From: Octopus vulgaris
Taxonomy: Eukaryota
Direction of reading: 5' to 3'
DNA length: 64,000 nucleotides
Assembly (NCBI GenBank): GCA_951406725.2
Contig: OX597821.1
Location: forward strand, 29,636,001-29,700,000
Shown: piece by piece, positions 39,240 to 52,694 of the stretch
Layout of the letters: each line of letters starts with the position of its first letter
How positions within the stretch are numbered: position 1 is the first letter of the stretch
Translations under genes and position numbers: made by a program
Notes under the pieces: model-generated
Database searches by the model: none
What the model saw: the letters and a program-made list of their open reading frames with translations, nothing else
What the model was told of the DNA's origin: nothing

Positions 39240-39389
39240 TGTCTTTGTGTTTATCCACCACCACGCTTCGACAGTAAGAGTTTTATATAATAAGTAACAA
39301 GTTTTAAAAAAATAAGGCGATGCTTCGGTATAGGTACACACGTGACTTTGTTTACATTTCTGAAGATAACAGAAACCCTTTTCTGAAAC

Positions 39390-39792
39390 AAGGCGGCGAG
39401 CTAGCAGAATCGTTAGCACGTCGGGCGAAATGCTCAGCGGTATTTCGGCTGCCGTTACGTTGTGAGTTCAAATTCCGCCTTTCATCCTTTCGGGGTCGAT
39501 AAATTAAGTACCAGTTAAGCACTGGGGTCGATATAATCGACTTAATACCTATGTCTGTCCTTGTTTGTCTCCTCTATGTTTAGCCCCTTGTGGGTAATAA
39601 AGAAATAGGTATTTCGTCTGCGTTACGTTGAGAGTTCAAATTCCGCCGAGGTCGACTTTGCCTTTCATCCTTTCGGGGTCGATAAATTAAGTACCAGTTA
39701 CGCACTGGGGTCGATGCAATCGACTTAATACCTGTGTCTGTCCTTGTTTGTCCTCTGTGTTTAGCCCCTTGTGGTTAATAAAGAAATAGGTA
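39390..39792 (+). mobile_element. Nin-domain SINE family B dimer flanked by a 58-bp direct duplication
   Basis: Junction aagaaatag|gtatttcgtctg at ~39600-39620; 39327-39384 equals 39789-39846. Confidence 0.9.
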
Positions 39793-40023
39793 TAGGTACA
39801 CACGTGACTTTGTTTACATTTCTGAAGATAACAGAAACCCTTTTCTCCCACCCCTAACCCTAACTCTAACCCCCACCCCATATATTAAAAAAAACAACAC
39901 TTTTTTGAAATATATGCGGTACTTCCGGTACTTACACCGGCCAAAAAATAAATACCAGTGTCGACTGAACTTTTCGATTTGGTACCCCAGTATGGCCGCG
40001 TTAAAAAAGATAAAAACTAGAGA

Positions 40024-40075
<52 letters not shown>

Positions 40076-40488
40076 GACAGACAGACAGACAGAGTAAGAG
40101 AGACTGCATGTGTGCATGTGCGAGTGTTTTCTGATGTTGAGTTATAGCCAACACATTTGCATTTAACCAATAACATAAGTGCAGCTACTAGTGAAGAGTT
40201 ACTGAAACTATAAATCGTTAAACTAAATTTGCTTTCGTCCACGGGTTCAAATCATACTGTTGCAATTAACTTCATATAACTATTGAATCGATACAATAAA
40301 CTGCAGTATTATAACAGTTAGCTCTATCGATTGAATTATCATAAATCTGCCTTGTATAATTCCCAGAAACTTGTGTGTGTCTTTGCCGAACCGCTAAGTA
40401 AAGTGAACATAAACACACCAGCATCGGTTGTCAAGCAATGCTAGGGGGACAAACACAGACACACAAACACACACACGCATATATATAT

Positions 40489-40707
40489 ATACGGCACTGA
40501 ATGTTTTTTTTTTACTTCAATAGACATCAGTGATTGGTTGAAATTGAAGAAAAAACAACAACAAATATTTTACAAACTATAGAATTTTCTCAATAAAGCC
40601 AAGAGAAAAAGATGTTTTATAAACACATTCTACCAGTATACGAAGTTTAAAATTTTTTAGTTACCTAGAAATTATGTTAAAAACTGACGTTTAAACCGAA
40701 AAGATCC
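40489..40707 (-). mobile_element. Partial Merlin-like MITE
   Basis: Half copy with one TIR ..aaccgaaaagatcc, fused to a SINE A fragment (40381-40488). Confidence 0.85.
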
Positions 40708-40729
40708 GGTCCGACTTCTCTACAGAAGC

Positions 40730-40860
40730 CTGTTTGTCTTTGGACACCCAGTGGGATTAAAAAGCAAGACCTGCCGAAGGGCAGATGAGCTACTCGTGGG
40801 CCAACAATCAGCCAGGAAAGACAATGGCAAACTACTTCAGTATCACTGCTAAAAAAGATA
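40730..40860 (+). mobile_element. RTE-derived fragment (5' UTR-like block plus BovB-like tail motif)
   Basis: ggacacccagtgggattaaaaagcaagacctgccgaagggcag resembles the reverse complement of 46830-46873; followed by ggcaaactacttcagtatc. Confidence 0.5.
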
Positions 40861-41182
40861 AGAAATATACACTATAAAAAAAGTCAAAACGAAGTAACGC
40901 TGTGGATTCATTAGATGAGAGAACTCGCTTTCAATTAGGAAGACTTTTATTGTTGTGTCATTAACGTGCTGCGAAGCGTACGATGCATTACGACGTCGGC
41001 GACGACGACTGTGGTTGGTAGTCACCTACTTTAAGCTTTATCCTAATATTACGTGTAAGTACATTAAAAATAGGCGGTGGGTGACATTGAAAAAGTGTTA
41101 CTAAGATATGATTGTGTGGTAGAAAGCTTGCTTTCCAACCACTTGATTTCAGGTTCAGACCCACTTCATGGTAACGTAGGTG

Positions 41183-41603
41183 GGATCTTTTCGGTTTGAA
41201 CGGCAGTTTTTAACATAATTTCTAGGTAACTAAAAAATTTTAAACTTCGTACACTGGTAGAATGTGTTTATAAAACATATTTTTCTCTTGGCTTTATTGA
41301 GAAAATTCTATAGTTTGTAAGATATTTGTTGCTTTTTTCTTCAATTTCTGCAATTTCAACCAATCAATGACGTCCATTTAGGTAAAAAAAAAAACATTCT
41401 GTGCCGTATGAATATGTCCCTCGGTTAAGAAACAGATTGGGTTTATTTACATTTGTGAAGAAAAAAAAATACCTTTCCCCCACCCCTAATCCTAACCCTA
41501 AAACAGATTGAAATGCAATAGATCGATACTAGGGTCATAATTATGGGTGACAATTTCATATGACACCGCTAGAAAAAAACTGCCGTTCAAACCGAAAAGA
41601 TAC
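41183..41603 (+). mobile_element. Merlin-like MITE flanked by a 92-bp direct duplication
   Basis: Both TIRs present; 41091-41182 approximately equals 41604-41695. Confidence 0.9.
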
Positions 41604-41869
41604 AAAAGTGTTACTAAGATATGATTGTTTTGTAGACAGCTTGCTTCCCAACCGCTTAGTTTCAGGTTCAGACCCACTACATGGTAACGTAGGTGTCTTC
41701 TGATATAGCCTTGGGTCGACTAAAACGTTGTGATACGATTACATATACGAAAACTGAAAGAAGCCTGTCGTATGTGTGTGTTTGTGCGTGTCTTTGAATC
41801 TGTCCCCTCTCACTACTTTAATGATAACCGGTGTTATCGGCAAAAGACACCAATAGAAAATGTACCAGG

Positions 41870-41902
<33 letters not shown>

Positions 41903-42847
41903 AAATTAACTATTGGGATTGATGATCAAAAGCAGTCAAAATGACTGAAACAAGTAAAAGAAAAAATAAATAAAAAGAAAAAGAAAATGGGTGATCGTTA
42001 AAGATAAATAGTTTGAGAAGCATTCAGCTAAAGAATTAAATTTAAAAAGTACTATCCTTTTTGATTTTTGTCACACTATGATACAACGCAATACAGAAAT
42101 TTGCGTGGCAGTTCATCAGATAAACTGTATCTGCGGTTCAAAGTGTCAATCCAGATCCTGCCTGAAGATTACAGTAATAGAAAAAAAAGTTCCAGATTTA
42201 GGTATAAGCTACAACTTTACGACACAATCCGCAGGGATTTCAAAATAATCAAATAACATACGTTTTCAATTTTTGTTCAGATCTTGTGGCATAATTTCAA
42301 TGAAAAAAGCAAAATACAAAAGCAATTCGAGTATTAACAGGAGACGGGAGTTTTGATAAGCTGTTACTTAATATGTAAGAAAATTACAGCCAAATCTCCC
42401 TCAAATCACACGCTGCCGACTGAATAATGTAGTCCTAGATATACTTTTCCTGGAAACATGGAGGGAAGGTCATGGTCGGAACAATGTTGATCATAGCTCG
42501 TGCTCAATCAAGGCCGATCAGGGGTTCCACCAGAATTTCAAAAAGAGGACAAATGGCAGGTGACTCTCCCCACAAAATGAATATTCGGGATTATCCTTTT
42601 GGTGGGGAGGATCATCTAGTATTTGTGAGAATAATATTGTCATATTTTATCTGCTCCATCAGTGAAAAGACAAAATGGAGCTGGATACGTTTATAAAGGT
42701 CTTAAACCATCTTAATGCTATTAAGCATAATAATGAGCCCGTCCTTTTCCTCCAACTTCGTCAGAAACAGTATCAATAAATGTTTCATAGTGGCGTCAAT
42801 GACCTGACATACAACGAAGATTTAATCAAATTCATCATCTCAGTATT

Positions 42848-43150
42848 CATATTTTAAAGCCTAACAATTATTATATCTGTCTCATTTGCCGAACTGCTAA
42901 GTTACGAGGACACAAACACACCAACACCGGTTGCCCAGCGGTGGTGGGGAACAAACATTGATACAAACACACACACATACATATATATGTATTTACGACG
43001 GGCTTCTTTCAGTTTCCGTCTACCAAATCCACTCACAAGGCTTTGGTCAGCCCAAGGCTATAGTAAGACAGTTTCCTAAGGGTCCACGCAAGGGGACTGA
43101 ACCCGGAAATCTGTGGTTGGGAAGCAAACTTCTTACCACACAGCCACTCT
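42848..43150 (-). mobile_element. Diverged SINE family A copy
   Basis: Core and head recognisable; private mutations shared with 48372-48595. Confidence 0.85.
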
Positions 43151-43562
43151 TGAGTCGAACATTTTTAAAGCAACAGTTTTAAAATATATACAAAGAAAAA
43201 ATAAAATGATTTATTGATATTTGAATTACTGGTGTCATATTGTTTTAATGCTCTAAAATTGAGAAATAGTTAATATATAAATCAAAATTTATAGATTTTG
43301 TATAATTTACAAAATCTGACGTCGAGTTGAGAAAGTTATTTGTGATAACTATAAAATATGGCCATTCGCATTAGAAAATCATTAAAGTTTTTGCGAAAGA
43401 TATACTGGACACATAGTAGATAATTGAGGTCGACTATTTTAGTATTAGTCAAATACTACTGCCTTATTGAGTTGTTTAGGTCGTGAATCTATATTTGAAA
43501 TAGTTAATGCAATGCCAGTAGATGGCGTGGCGTTGAGATATGTCCCTTTAGTTTCAATTATT

Positions 43563-43992
43563 GGATCTTTTCGGTTTGAACGGCAGTTTTTTCTAGCGGT
43601 TGCATATGAAATTGTCACCCATAATTATGACCCTAGTATCGATCTATTGCATTTCAATCTGTTTTAGGGTTAGGGTTAGGGTTAGGGATGGGGGGAAGGT
43701 ATCTTTTTTTCTTCACAAATGTAAATAAATCCAATCTGTTTCTTAAACGAGGGACATATTCATACGGCACAGAATGTTTTTTTTTTTACCTCAAATGGAC
43801 GTCATTGATTGTTGAAATTGCAGAAATTGAAGAAAAAAAGCAGCAAATATCTTACAAACTATAAGATAATTTTCTCAATAAAGCCAAGACAAAAAGATGT
43901 TTTATAAACACATTTTACCAGTATACGAAGTTCAAAATTTTTTAGTTACCTAGAAATTATGTTAAAAACTGCCGTTCAAACCGAAAAGATCC
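43563..43992 (-). mobile_element. Merlin-like MITE with expanded internal (TTAGGG)4
   Basis: Both TIRs intact; ttaggg x4 at ~43663-43687; no TSD visible. Confidence 0.9.
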
Positions 43993-44881
43993 CAGATCAG
44001 AATAGACCTGAGAACAATCGTGACTAAAATGTGGTTCTACACTTCTCAAAACCCTACTAAAATTATGAAGTAGAACTAAGCGATTCTACTCTGACCATAA
44101 ACGTTTTGGTAAAATACCTATATTTAAAATCATTATCATTGCGATTAATGAATTGCAGGAACCCTGTATTTCGTTATGGCAACCATAATATACCAGAAAG
44201 TATATTAAGCGCTTTATAAGTCAATAGCGTATCCTACTGAGTTAGTATTGGCTTTATAAGTCAACGGTGTGTCCTGCTGTGTTATTACTATAACTACTGA
44301 ATGTCTATCATATTAGACGCTCGTAGTACTGAAACACAGATACAAAACGATAACTAGAAATTATATATAGTTTCAAATCGTTTTTATATAATTTGCTATC
44401 ATTTCAAAATTACAAAAACACTTTTGAAAGATTGCACGAGATTAACTTTCAATGTATCTCTACAAGCATTTACTTCCTTATAAAAAAAGTAAAGAAACAC
44501 AAAAGAAAAAGAAAAACTGAAAATATATTTCGTTAAAAAACTTTTTTTTGTTCTTATCATAAAAATGAATTAGATGACAAGTTAAGTGTATTTCAGATTT
44601 TTCTCTTTTATACGAATTTGTCTTCCCATTTGATGCAGACGTGTACACTTTCGATCAATTTCTCTTTCGATCGTTTTGCTCTTTGGCCATGTGTTTCGAA
44701 GAATATGCTTTCGATGTAAATGTTTTATCACACATGTGTGTACGTGGGTATGTACACACACACATACACACACACTTACTCACATACATACACACAGTTA
44801 TAAATATATGCACGCATGCATGTTCAGACATTCATGCACACGCTCATACATTTATGTGTGTGCGTGTGTGTGCTGTGTGTG

Positions 44882-44930
<49 letters not shown>

Positions 44931-45129
44931 ATGTTTGTGTGCTGTTGCAGTATTTCGTCTTGTGTCTTGGAATGCGACGTTCGGATCTTTGGAATTATGC
45001 AGTCGTGCACCGTTCTGATGTTTGTATAACTTTCAATGCCAAAGTTTGGTACAACTCCTTCCAGGATTTAACACACACACACACACATATACACACGCGT
45101 GCGCGCATGCATACATGAATGAATGCATG

Positions 45130-45635
45130 GATACATACTTTCATACATACACACATACACACACACATACATACATACATACATTCATAATTGCATGCAT
45201 ACATACATACATACATACATGCATACTTACATACATACATTCAGACATACATACATACATGCATGCATGCATACATACATACATACATACGTACATACAT
45301 ACATACATACACACATACATACATACATACATACATGCATACATACATATATACATACATACATACATACATGCATGCATACATACATACATACATACAT
45401 ACATACATACATACATACATACATACATACATACATGCATGCATGCATACATACATACATACATACATTCAGACATACATACATACATGCATGCATGCAT
45501 ACATGTATACATACATACATACATACATACATACATACATACATACATACATACATACATACATACATACATACATACATACATACATACATGCATACAT
45601 ACATACATTCATACATACATTCATACATACATACA
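45130..45635. repeat. (TACA)n microsatellite, ~500 bp
   Basis: Direct reading. Confidence 0.97.
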
Positions 45636-45883
45636 TCTTATGGATTGACAAGTTTAATGTGGATTGGGTATATCGCAAACCAGCATATATTCGCAGATTG
45701 CTGTCAGAAACAAATACTCCAGAGACTGACTGGATCCGTTGACACATGACAAAGCAGACATTTGACGCTGTGGTGTGATGAGCTTTGAAATGATTTCTTG
45801 TTGTTCTTTTTATTCTTGTCAAGAATAGAAGTTAATGTCTACGCTATGAACTAATAATATCTTCGTAAATTATGTTTAATTTA

Positions 45884-46275
45884 GACGCAGGTGCGGCTGT
45901 GTGATAAGAAGCTCGTTTCCCAACCACATGGTTCCGGGTTCAGTCACACTGCGTGGAATGTTGGGTAAGCGTCTTCCACTTTAGCCTCGGGCCGACCAAA
46001 GCCTTATGAGTGGACTTGGTAGACGGAAACTGAAAGAAGCCCGTTGTGTATATATAACATGTGTGTATTTATCGCCGTCACTGCCTGACAACCGGTGTTG
46101 GTCTGTTTATGTCACTGAAACTTAGAGGTTCGGTAAAAGAGACCGATAGAAAAAGTACCAAGGTTTAAGAAATATTAAATACTGAGGTCGATTCACTCGA
46201 CTTAAATAATAAATTAACCAAAACGGTGCTCCAGCGTGGCCGCAGTCTAATGATTGAAGCAAGGAAAAGGTAAAA
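45884..46275 (+). mobile_element. Full-length diverged SINE family A
   Basis: Head gacgcaggtgcggctgtgtgataag through tail cggtgctccagcgtggccgcagtc. Confidence 0.88.
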
Positions 46276-46446
46276 GATACAGTGTTTCGTTTCTTTACGC
46301 AATCAGAAGTGGCTTACATACACACTTACATACATGCACGCAAGTACGCACACGCACGTACATACATACATACATACATACATACATACATACATACATA
46401 CATACATACATACATACATACATACATACATACATACATACATACA

Positions 46447-46994
46447 TGGTGGCTGCCCCCTCGTTATCGAGTATGGCCATTGCACGAAGCTTAATCAATG
46501 TTGTTATCGTGCAATGCCTGTGCAAGAAGATTTCTTTTTAAAGTGAGAAAAGGCTGTGCACTGAGTCAATCCCACTCATTAAGCAACAACAGCCATAATC
46601 CGAAAAGAAGAACAAGTCAACATCATCGGTAACCACTGAGCCGCAGGTTTTATGTCGGAGTTATCCCAGTTACCTGAGTTACCTTCTCCTAGAAGGATGC
46701 CCTAACAAATGCTAGGAGTCCTTCACTCCCAATGGAATAACTGCGCGATCGGGTATTCAGTCCGATTATTTCTATGTCCCCGCGCATGATACAGCCGTAA
46801 GACATACAGCCGTTGACTCTCAAGAGTTCCTCCGCCCTTTGACGGGTTTTGTTTTTCATCCCGCAGTGTGTCCAATAAACACCCTCCTCACCAAGCAAGG
46901 TTGGTGGGGTTGCCGGTTTAGTCGCCGACGGCCCGACCATGCAACAGGTTATACTGGGTTACATGTTACCAGTAGCACTCGAAAGTGACCTACC
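46447..46994 (-). mobile_element. RTE-clade LINE 5' UTR-like segment inserted in (TACA)n
   Basis: Minus strand has tagggcatccttctaggagaaggtaactc..aaacc, a motif typical of RTE 5' regions. GC-rich, with (TACA)n on both sides. Confidence 0.55.
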
Positions 46995-47090
46995 ATACAT
47001 ACATACATACATACATACATACATACATACATACATACAAACATACATCATACATACATACATACATACATACATACATACATACATACA

Positions 47091-47121
<31 letters not shown>

Positions 47122-47465
47122 GAATGTCTTTATGTTAAGAGTACTATATGATCATGGCTTATTTGACCGCAACTTCGAAATCACTCTTAATAATATTCTT
47201 GCTAACGGATAATAGTGTGTGTGTGTGTGTGTGTGTACATAAGTATGCATCTGAAAAATTTATCACATGATTAATACCAGCGACGTAACCCCTAGATAGA
47301 CGACGAAAACTATAAATATTAATTAAATCATATAAAAAGTAAATAATAGCGAATTCTCTATAAAAATGCTAATTTAGACAATGAAATTCAACACAAAAAA
47401 ATTTAGTAAATTGCTAATATTTTCATAATACAGAAATACAAATTCCTAATCATTTCGCATTCAGT

Positions 47466-47710
<245 letters not shown>

Positions 47711-47921
47711 TACATATTCTCTTTTATATATATTCTACTTATTATACAACATTACTCTTTTATGTACACTTTTTTATGTACATTCCTTTATGTACACTGA
47801 TTTGTTCTGCTTTTTATATTCAACCCTATAGTCTCTTATGTGGTGGTTTAATAAAGTATGTGATTGAGTATTATCTGGTAATTGATATTTGATTTAGATG
47901 TATTTCTCCATTTTCTTATCT

Positions 47922-47985
<64 letters not shown>

Positions 47986-48022
47986 CATATATGTATGTAT
48001 GCATTCGTTTTACTCCTATAAA

Positions 48023-48258
48023 TTTTTACTTGTTTCAGTCATTTGACTGCGGCCATGCTGGAGCACCGTCTTTAGTCGAGCAGCAAATCGACCCCAGGAC
48101 TTATTCTTTGTAAGCCTAGTACTTATTCTATCGGTCTCTTTTGCCGAACCGCTAAGATACGGGGACGTAAACACACCAGCATCGGTTGTCAAGCGATGTT
48201 GGGTGTGTGTGTATGGGGGGGACAAACACAGACATATAAATATATACACACACACATG

Positions 48259-48298
<40 letters not shown>

Positions 48299-48686
48299 TA
48301 CGACGGGCTTCTTTCAGTTTCCGTCTACCAAATTCACTCACAAGATTTTGGTCGGCCCGAGGCTATAGTAGCATATTTTAAAGCCTAACAATTATTATGT
48401 CTCTCTCATTTGCCGAACTGCTAAGTTACGAGGACACAATCACACTAACACCGGTTGTCCAGCGGTGGTGTGGAACAAACATTGATACAAACACACACAC
48501 ACACACACATACATATATATTTACGACGGGCTTCTTTCAGTTTCCGTCTTCCAAATCCACTCACAAGGCTTCGTTCGGCCCGAGGATATAGTAGATTACA
48601 CTTGGCCAAGGTGCCACGCAGTGGGACTGAACCCGGAACCATGTGGTTTGTAAGCAAGCTACTTACCACACAGCCACTCCTACGCA
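48023..48686 (-). mobile_element. Composite SINE A (young unit plus a copy of the 42848 element)
   Basis: Young copy stops at ggctatagtag (48371) and switches to catattttaaagcctaacaattattat... Confidence 0.85.
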
Positions 48687-49083
48687 TGTATGCTTGTGTG
48701 TGTGTGTGTGTGTGTGACTCTTTTGTATAACATCTCGTGATTGTTGCGTCGAAGTGCATTAAATACATTAGCATAATGCTCGAATAAATCATACGTTTTG
48801 TCAGAGAGCGTGGAATTAGGGAATGAATGTATGTGGGTAGACATACAACAGTAATGCGTCTAAAATAAACAGCTATTGTTGGATATTTTCCTCCTTTAAA
48901 CAATTTAGGTGTGTCCATTGTTTTTATTTTTACTGGTAATGTCATGTGCCTTTGGTAATTAACCCAAAATTTCAGAAACGTTTTATTTTAAAATGTTCAA
49001 ATATGTGAGAATATTATAAATATGCATACGCACATACGGGCGAAATCACACTGACGCACACAAACATACACACGCGCGCGAGC

Positions 49084-49159
<76 letters not shown>

Positions 49160-49219
49160 TGAAAGAGAGAGAGAGAGAGATCGATAGATAGATAGATAGA
49201 TAGATAGATATAGATAGAC

Positions 49220-49256
<37 letters not shown>

Positions 49257-49304
49257 CATACATGCATACATACATACATACATACATACATACATACATA
49301 GATT

Positions 49305-49602
49305 AAGGCCGCGAGCTGGCAGAAGCGTTAGCGCGACGGGCGAAATGCTTAGCAGTATTTCGTCTGCCGTTACGTTCTGAGTTCAAATTCCGCTGAGGTC
49401 GACTTTGCCTTTCATCCTTACGGTGTCGATAAATTAAGTACCAGTTACGCACTGGGGTCGATATAATCGACTTAATCCGTTTGTCTGTCCTTGTTTGCCT
49501 CCTCTATGTTTAGCCCCTTGTGGGTAGTAAAGAAATAGGTATTTCGTTTGCCGTTACGTTCTGAGTTCAAATTTCGCCGAGGTCGACTTTGCCTTTCATC
49601 CT
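49305..49602 (+). mobile_element. Nin-domain SINE family B, 1.4-mer
   Basis: Junction aagaaatag|gtatttcgtttgccg at ~49530-49552; the second unit is truncated. Confidence 0.9.
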
Positions 49603-50537
49603 AACTTCTGAGCCCGAGACAGGAGCGTGTGAAAGATGTCGAGAGAACGTCTGCTACGAATGATATTTTTTGACACAGGGCACCTCTAAGACGACCGCCA
49701 GATGCTGAACAAAAAATAAATGAACTGCGACCAGGCCCAATAAAAGGAGCCTGAGTTATTGGCTGCAATTATATATTTGAAGTCAGTGTTGGCAGAAATT
49801 AAATCAGCTTGCAAATACACGTTCACTTTACTAAATTTATACTCGAGCAAAGCCAGCCTGAGTGCCGGACTCGCCTATCACGCATGTATATAAACACAAA
49901 ATAATGAAGAGTTATTCGTTTTCAATCTTATGCGCGTTTCGGATACATTGGTATTACATAACTCTGCGATATATTATTCTCGCATATAAATCGATTCATA
50001 AGCTTCTACAGGAATTGATCAAATATAGTTCAACTAGTATGCAGAATTATGATATACCAATCTATCTGAAACGTACCCAAGATTAAAAATCTCCATACAT
50101 TTGTTACAAATGAATGGAGATTTTTACATTTTCAATCTTCCGCACAGAAAGTAATTTTACGGACTACGTGAAATGCAAGAACTTTCACTGGTCAGTTGGG
50201 TTAGCCAGGCTTGAATCCGACAGAGTGCTTAAAGAGTATTCACCTGGAGTTTTGATCCCGGTTTTCTTTCGTGCGTATATATATATATATATATATCGAT
50301 ATATAATTGTAAGAGGCAAGGATCTAAGTGTAGGAAGTTTGTAAGCTTCGAGTAGTCCGTGGTAGGCATAAGAAAAACAACGATTAGAACAATAACAATT
50401 TATTAGCGAGGATTGTAGACTTTTCCCATATGTGTATCTAATGCTGGAATATACCCCCACTATAGGCTGTTATCTGCTAACCAAATAACGATATAAGCGC
50501 TCTTATACGCATGTTACGATGTTTTCACTAAAATTAT

Positions 50538-50585
<48 letters not shown>

Positions 50586-50610
50586 TCAATTGTGGAACAA
50601 CTGTCACTAT

Positions 50611-50652
50611 ATAGACCTGATGACTGAGTAACGCATGAAAGTACTAGTTTAT
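50611..50652 (+). ncRNA. Minimal type I hammerhead ribozyme motif (Penelope-type), helix II degenerate
   Basis: atagac-CTGATGA-ctgagtaacgcat-GAAA-gtac-TA-gtttat. Stem I is 6 bp; helix III is 1 bp with a palindromic GUAC loop. Confidence 0.6.
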
Positions 50653-50862
50653 TTCAATACTGTAAAATTGTAAAAATTGCAAATAATAAAACGTGAAAAT
50701 CTGACTAAGTTGGAACTTCATTGATTAATATATTGTTCTACGCATAATCATATGTGTGTGTGTGTTTGTATGTGTGCGTGTGTGTGTAAATATGTATGTA
50801 TACATAATTATATTTAAATATATGTATAAGTATGTATTCATACATATATGTGTGTGTATATA

Positions 50863-50898
<36 letters not shown>

Positions 50899-50909
50899 AC
50901 ACGTGGTTC

Positions 50910-51440
50910 TCACTATTGAAAAGACTGCCTCCACGCGCTGCTACTACACTTTCGTCCTTGCCAGCAAAAGGCTTCTTCGTTCGTCCCCTTGTGTGGTTGA
51001 TTTCCTGTATAGTATTCTTGTTATTTTCTCGTTTTGTAACTAATTGTACTTTTTGTACATGTATTTTTATTTTTGCAGTTTTATCGTTTGTCTATGCCAG
51101 AAAAAAGGCTTTTTCATTCGTCCTCTTGTGTTTGTTTTTGTACATGTATTTTAATTTTGCAGTCTTATTGTTACGTCTTGTTTGTGTTCGTACTTATTTT
51201 GCCCCGCTGCTTAGAATTTTATTTTAATTCTCTCGCAGGAAGGCCTATTGGATTAGTGTTCTGTTATGCCTTCGAAACATGCCTGACTCCTCTAGCGACA
51301 GCTGATGACGGGGGTTTTGTCCTTGTGTAGCTCGTCCTGTAATTGTTTTTCGTTTTCATGTTTTTCGTTTTCCGTTTTCTTGTTTTTTGGCTTTTTCCGT
51401 TTCTACGTCTTTTTGTGATGTCCTGTACTCCCGTATAATT
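50910..51440 (+). mobile_element. T-rich dispersed repeat between (TA)n tracts, probably Penelope-derived
   Basis: Contains gaaggc..gccttcGAAAcatg and cagCTGATGAcgg half-motifs. Confidence 0.35.
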
Positions 51441-51522
51441 ATTTATATATGCATGTATATATACATGTAGATGTAGGTACGTACATATATGTTTGTATGT
51501 ATGCATATATTTTTATTTATCT

Positions 51523-51569
<47 letters not shown>

Positions 51570-51597
51570 TTATTTATATATATATTTATTTATGAAC

Positions 51598-51833
51598 AAT
51601 TATCATTCCTGAGTGTGTGTATGTATGTATATATTGGTGTGTGCATGTGTGTAGGTAGATAGATACATATTATGTATATAAAGCATGCATTTTGCTCACA
51701 TACACACACACTCATAAATTTATGCGTGTGTGTTTGTAAGTATGTATGATGCATATATACTTATATATATATGTATGTATACACATACACACACACGCAT
51801 ATATATATAAGTATATGTGTATCATATATGCAT

Positions 51834-51880
<47 letters not shown>

Positions 51881-52051
51881 AGTATATGTGTATCATATAT
51901 GCATACATCACACACACACATAAATCTATGAGTGTTTGTGTATGTGTGTAAAATGTATGCATTATATACATAATATGCATCTATCTATCTACCTACACAC
52001 ACATACACACACCAATATATACATACACACACTCACACACGAATGATAATT
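51598..52051. repeat. ~450-bp imperfect inverted duplication (fold-back)
   Basis: aattatcattc..atattggtgtgtg..gtaggtagatagat..cattttg..cactcataaatttatg is mirrored by cataaatctatgagtg..aaaatg..atctatctacctac..cacaccaatat..gaatgataatt. Confidence 0.9.
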
Positions 52052-52611
52052 ATTTCTAATCTAGAAACAAAGCCGGCAGTTACGGGAGGAATGGTTTAAT
52101 CGATATGATTTACCCCAGTCTTGATAAATCTTCCTTTGTAGTGTACGGAATAATAGCTTCTGATATAGGTCAGTAATTTTGATGGGAGAAGTAGTCGATA
52201 CCATCGACCTCAAAATGATGAAAGAAAAAAGATAACTCCGGCAGAATTTGAACTCAGAGCGTAAAAAATTCTCCGGAGCTAACGTTGCCTGTCATCCAAT
52301 CAGGATCGATACAATAGAGGAACGGCGAATGCCATTCATCAGAGGTAATGAAGGTTTCGTTCTTTTACTTTTGAACTTTCCCAAGGAAATTAAAAGAAAT
52401 ACTGCTAAACATTTGAAGTCCCTATATCTGTAGGTTTAACATTTCAGAGTCATTGACTTTGCCTCTGCTACAGCAAGTATACTTTCCTCTTATAGGGAAA
52501 AGAGGGCATACATGAAGCTAGTATGATTTCATTTAAGAGTGTGCCAATTGAATAGTGAACAGTTGAATACACACACATATATGCATATCTGTATGTGCGC
52601 ACGCACACACG

Positions 52612-52694
<83 letters not shown>

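Noticed and set aside
43663-43687. Interstitial telomere or chromosome fusion site
   Set aside because: It is an internal part of a multicopy MITE.
44210-44290. 40-bp tandem duplication (also 20-bp at 52950-52987)
   Set aside because: Ordinary slippage duplications with no further structure.
45022-45822. 208-aa HTYI-repeat ORFs
   Set aside because: (TACA)n has no stop codons; artefact.
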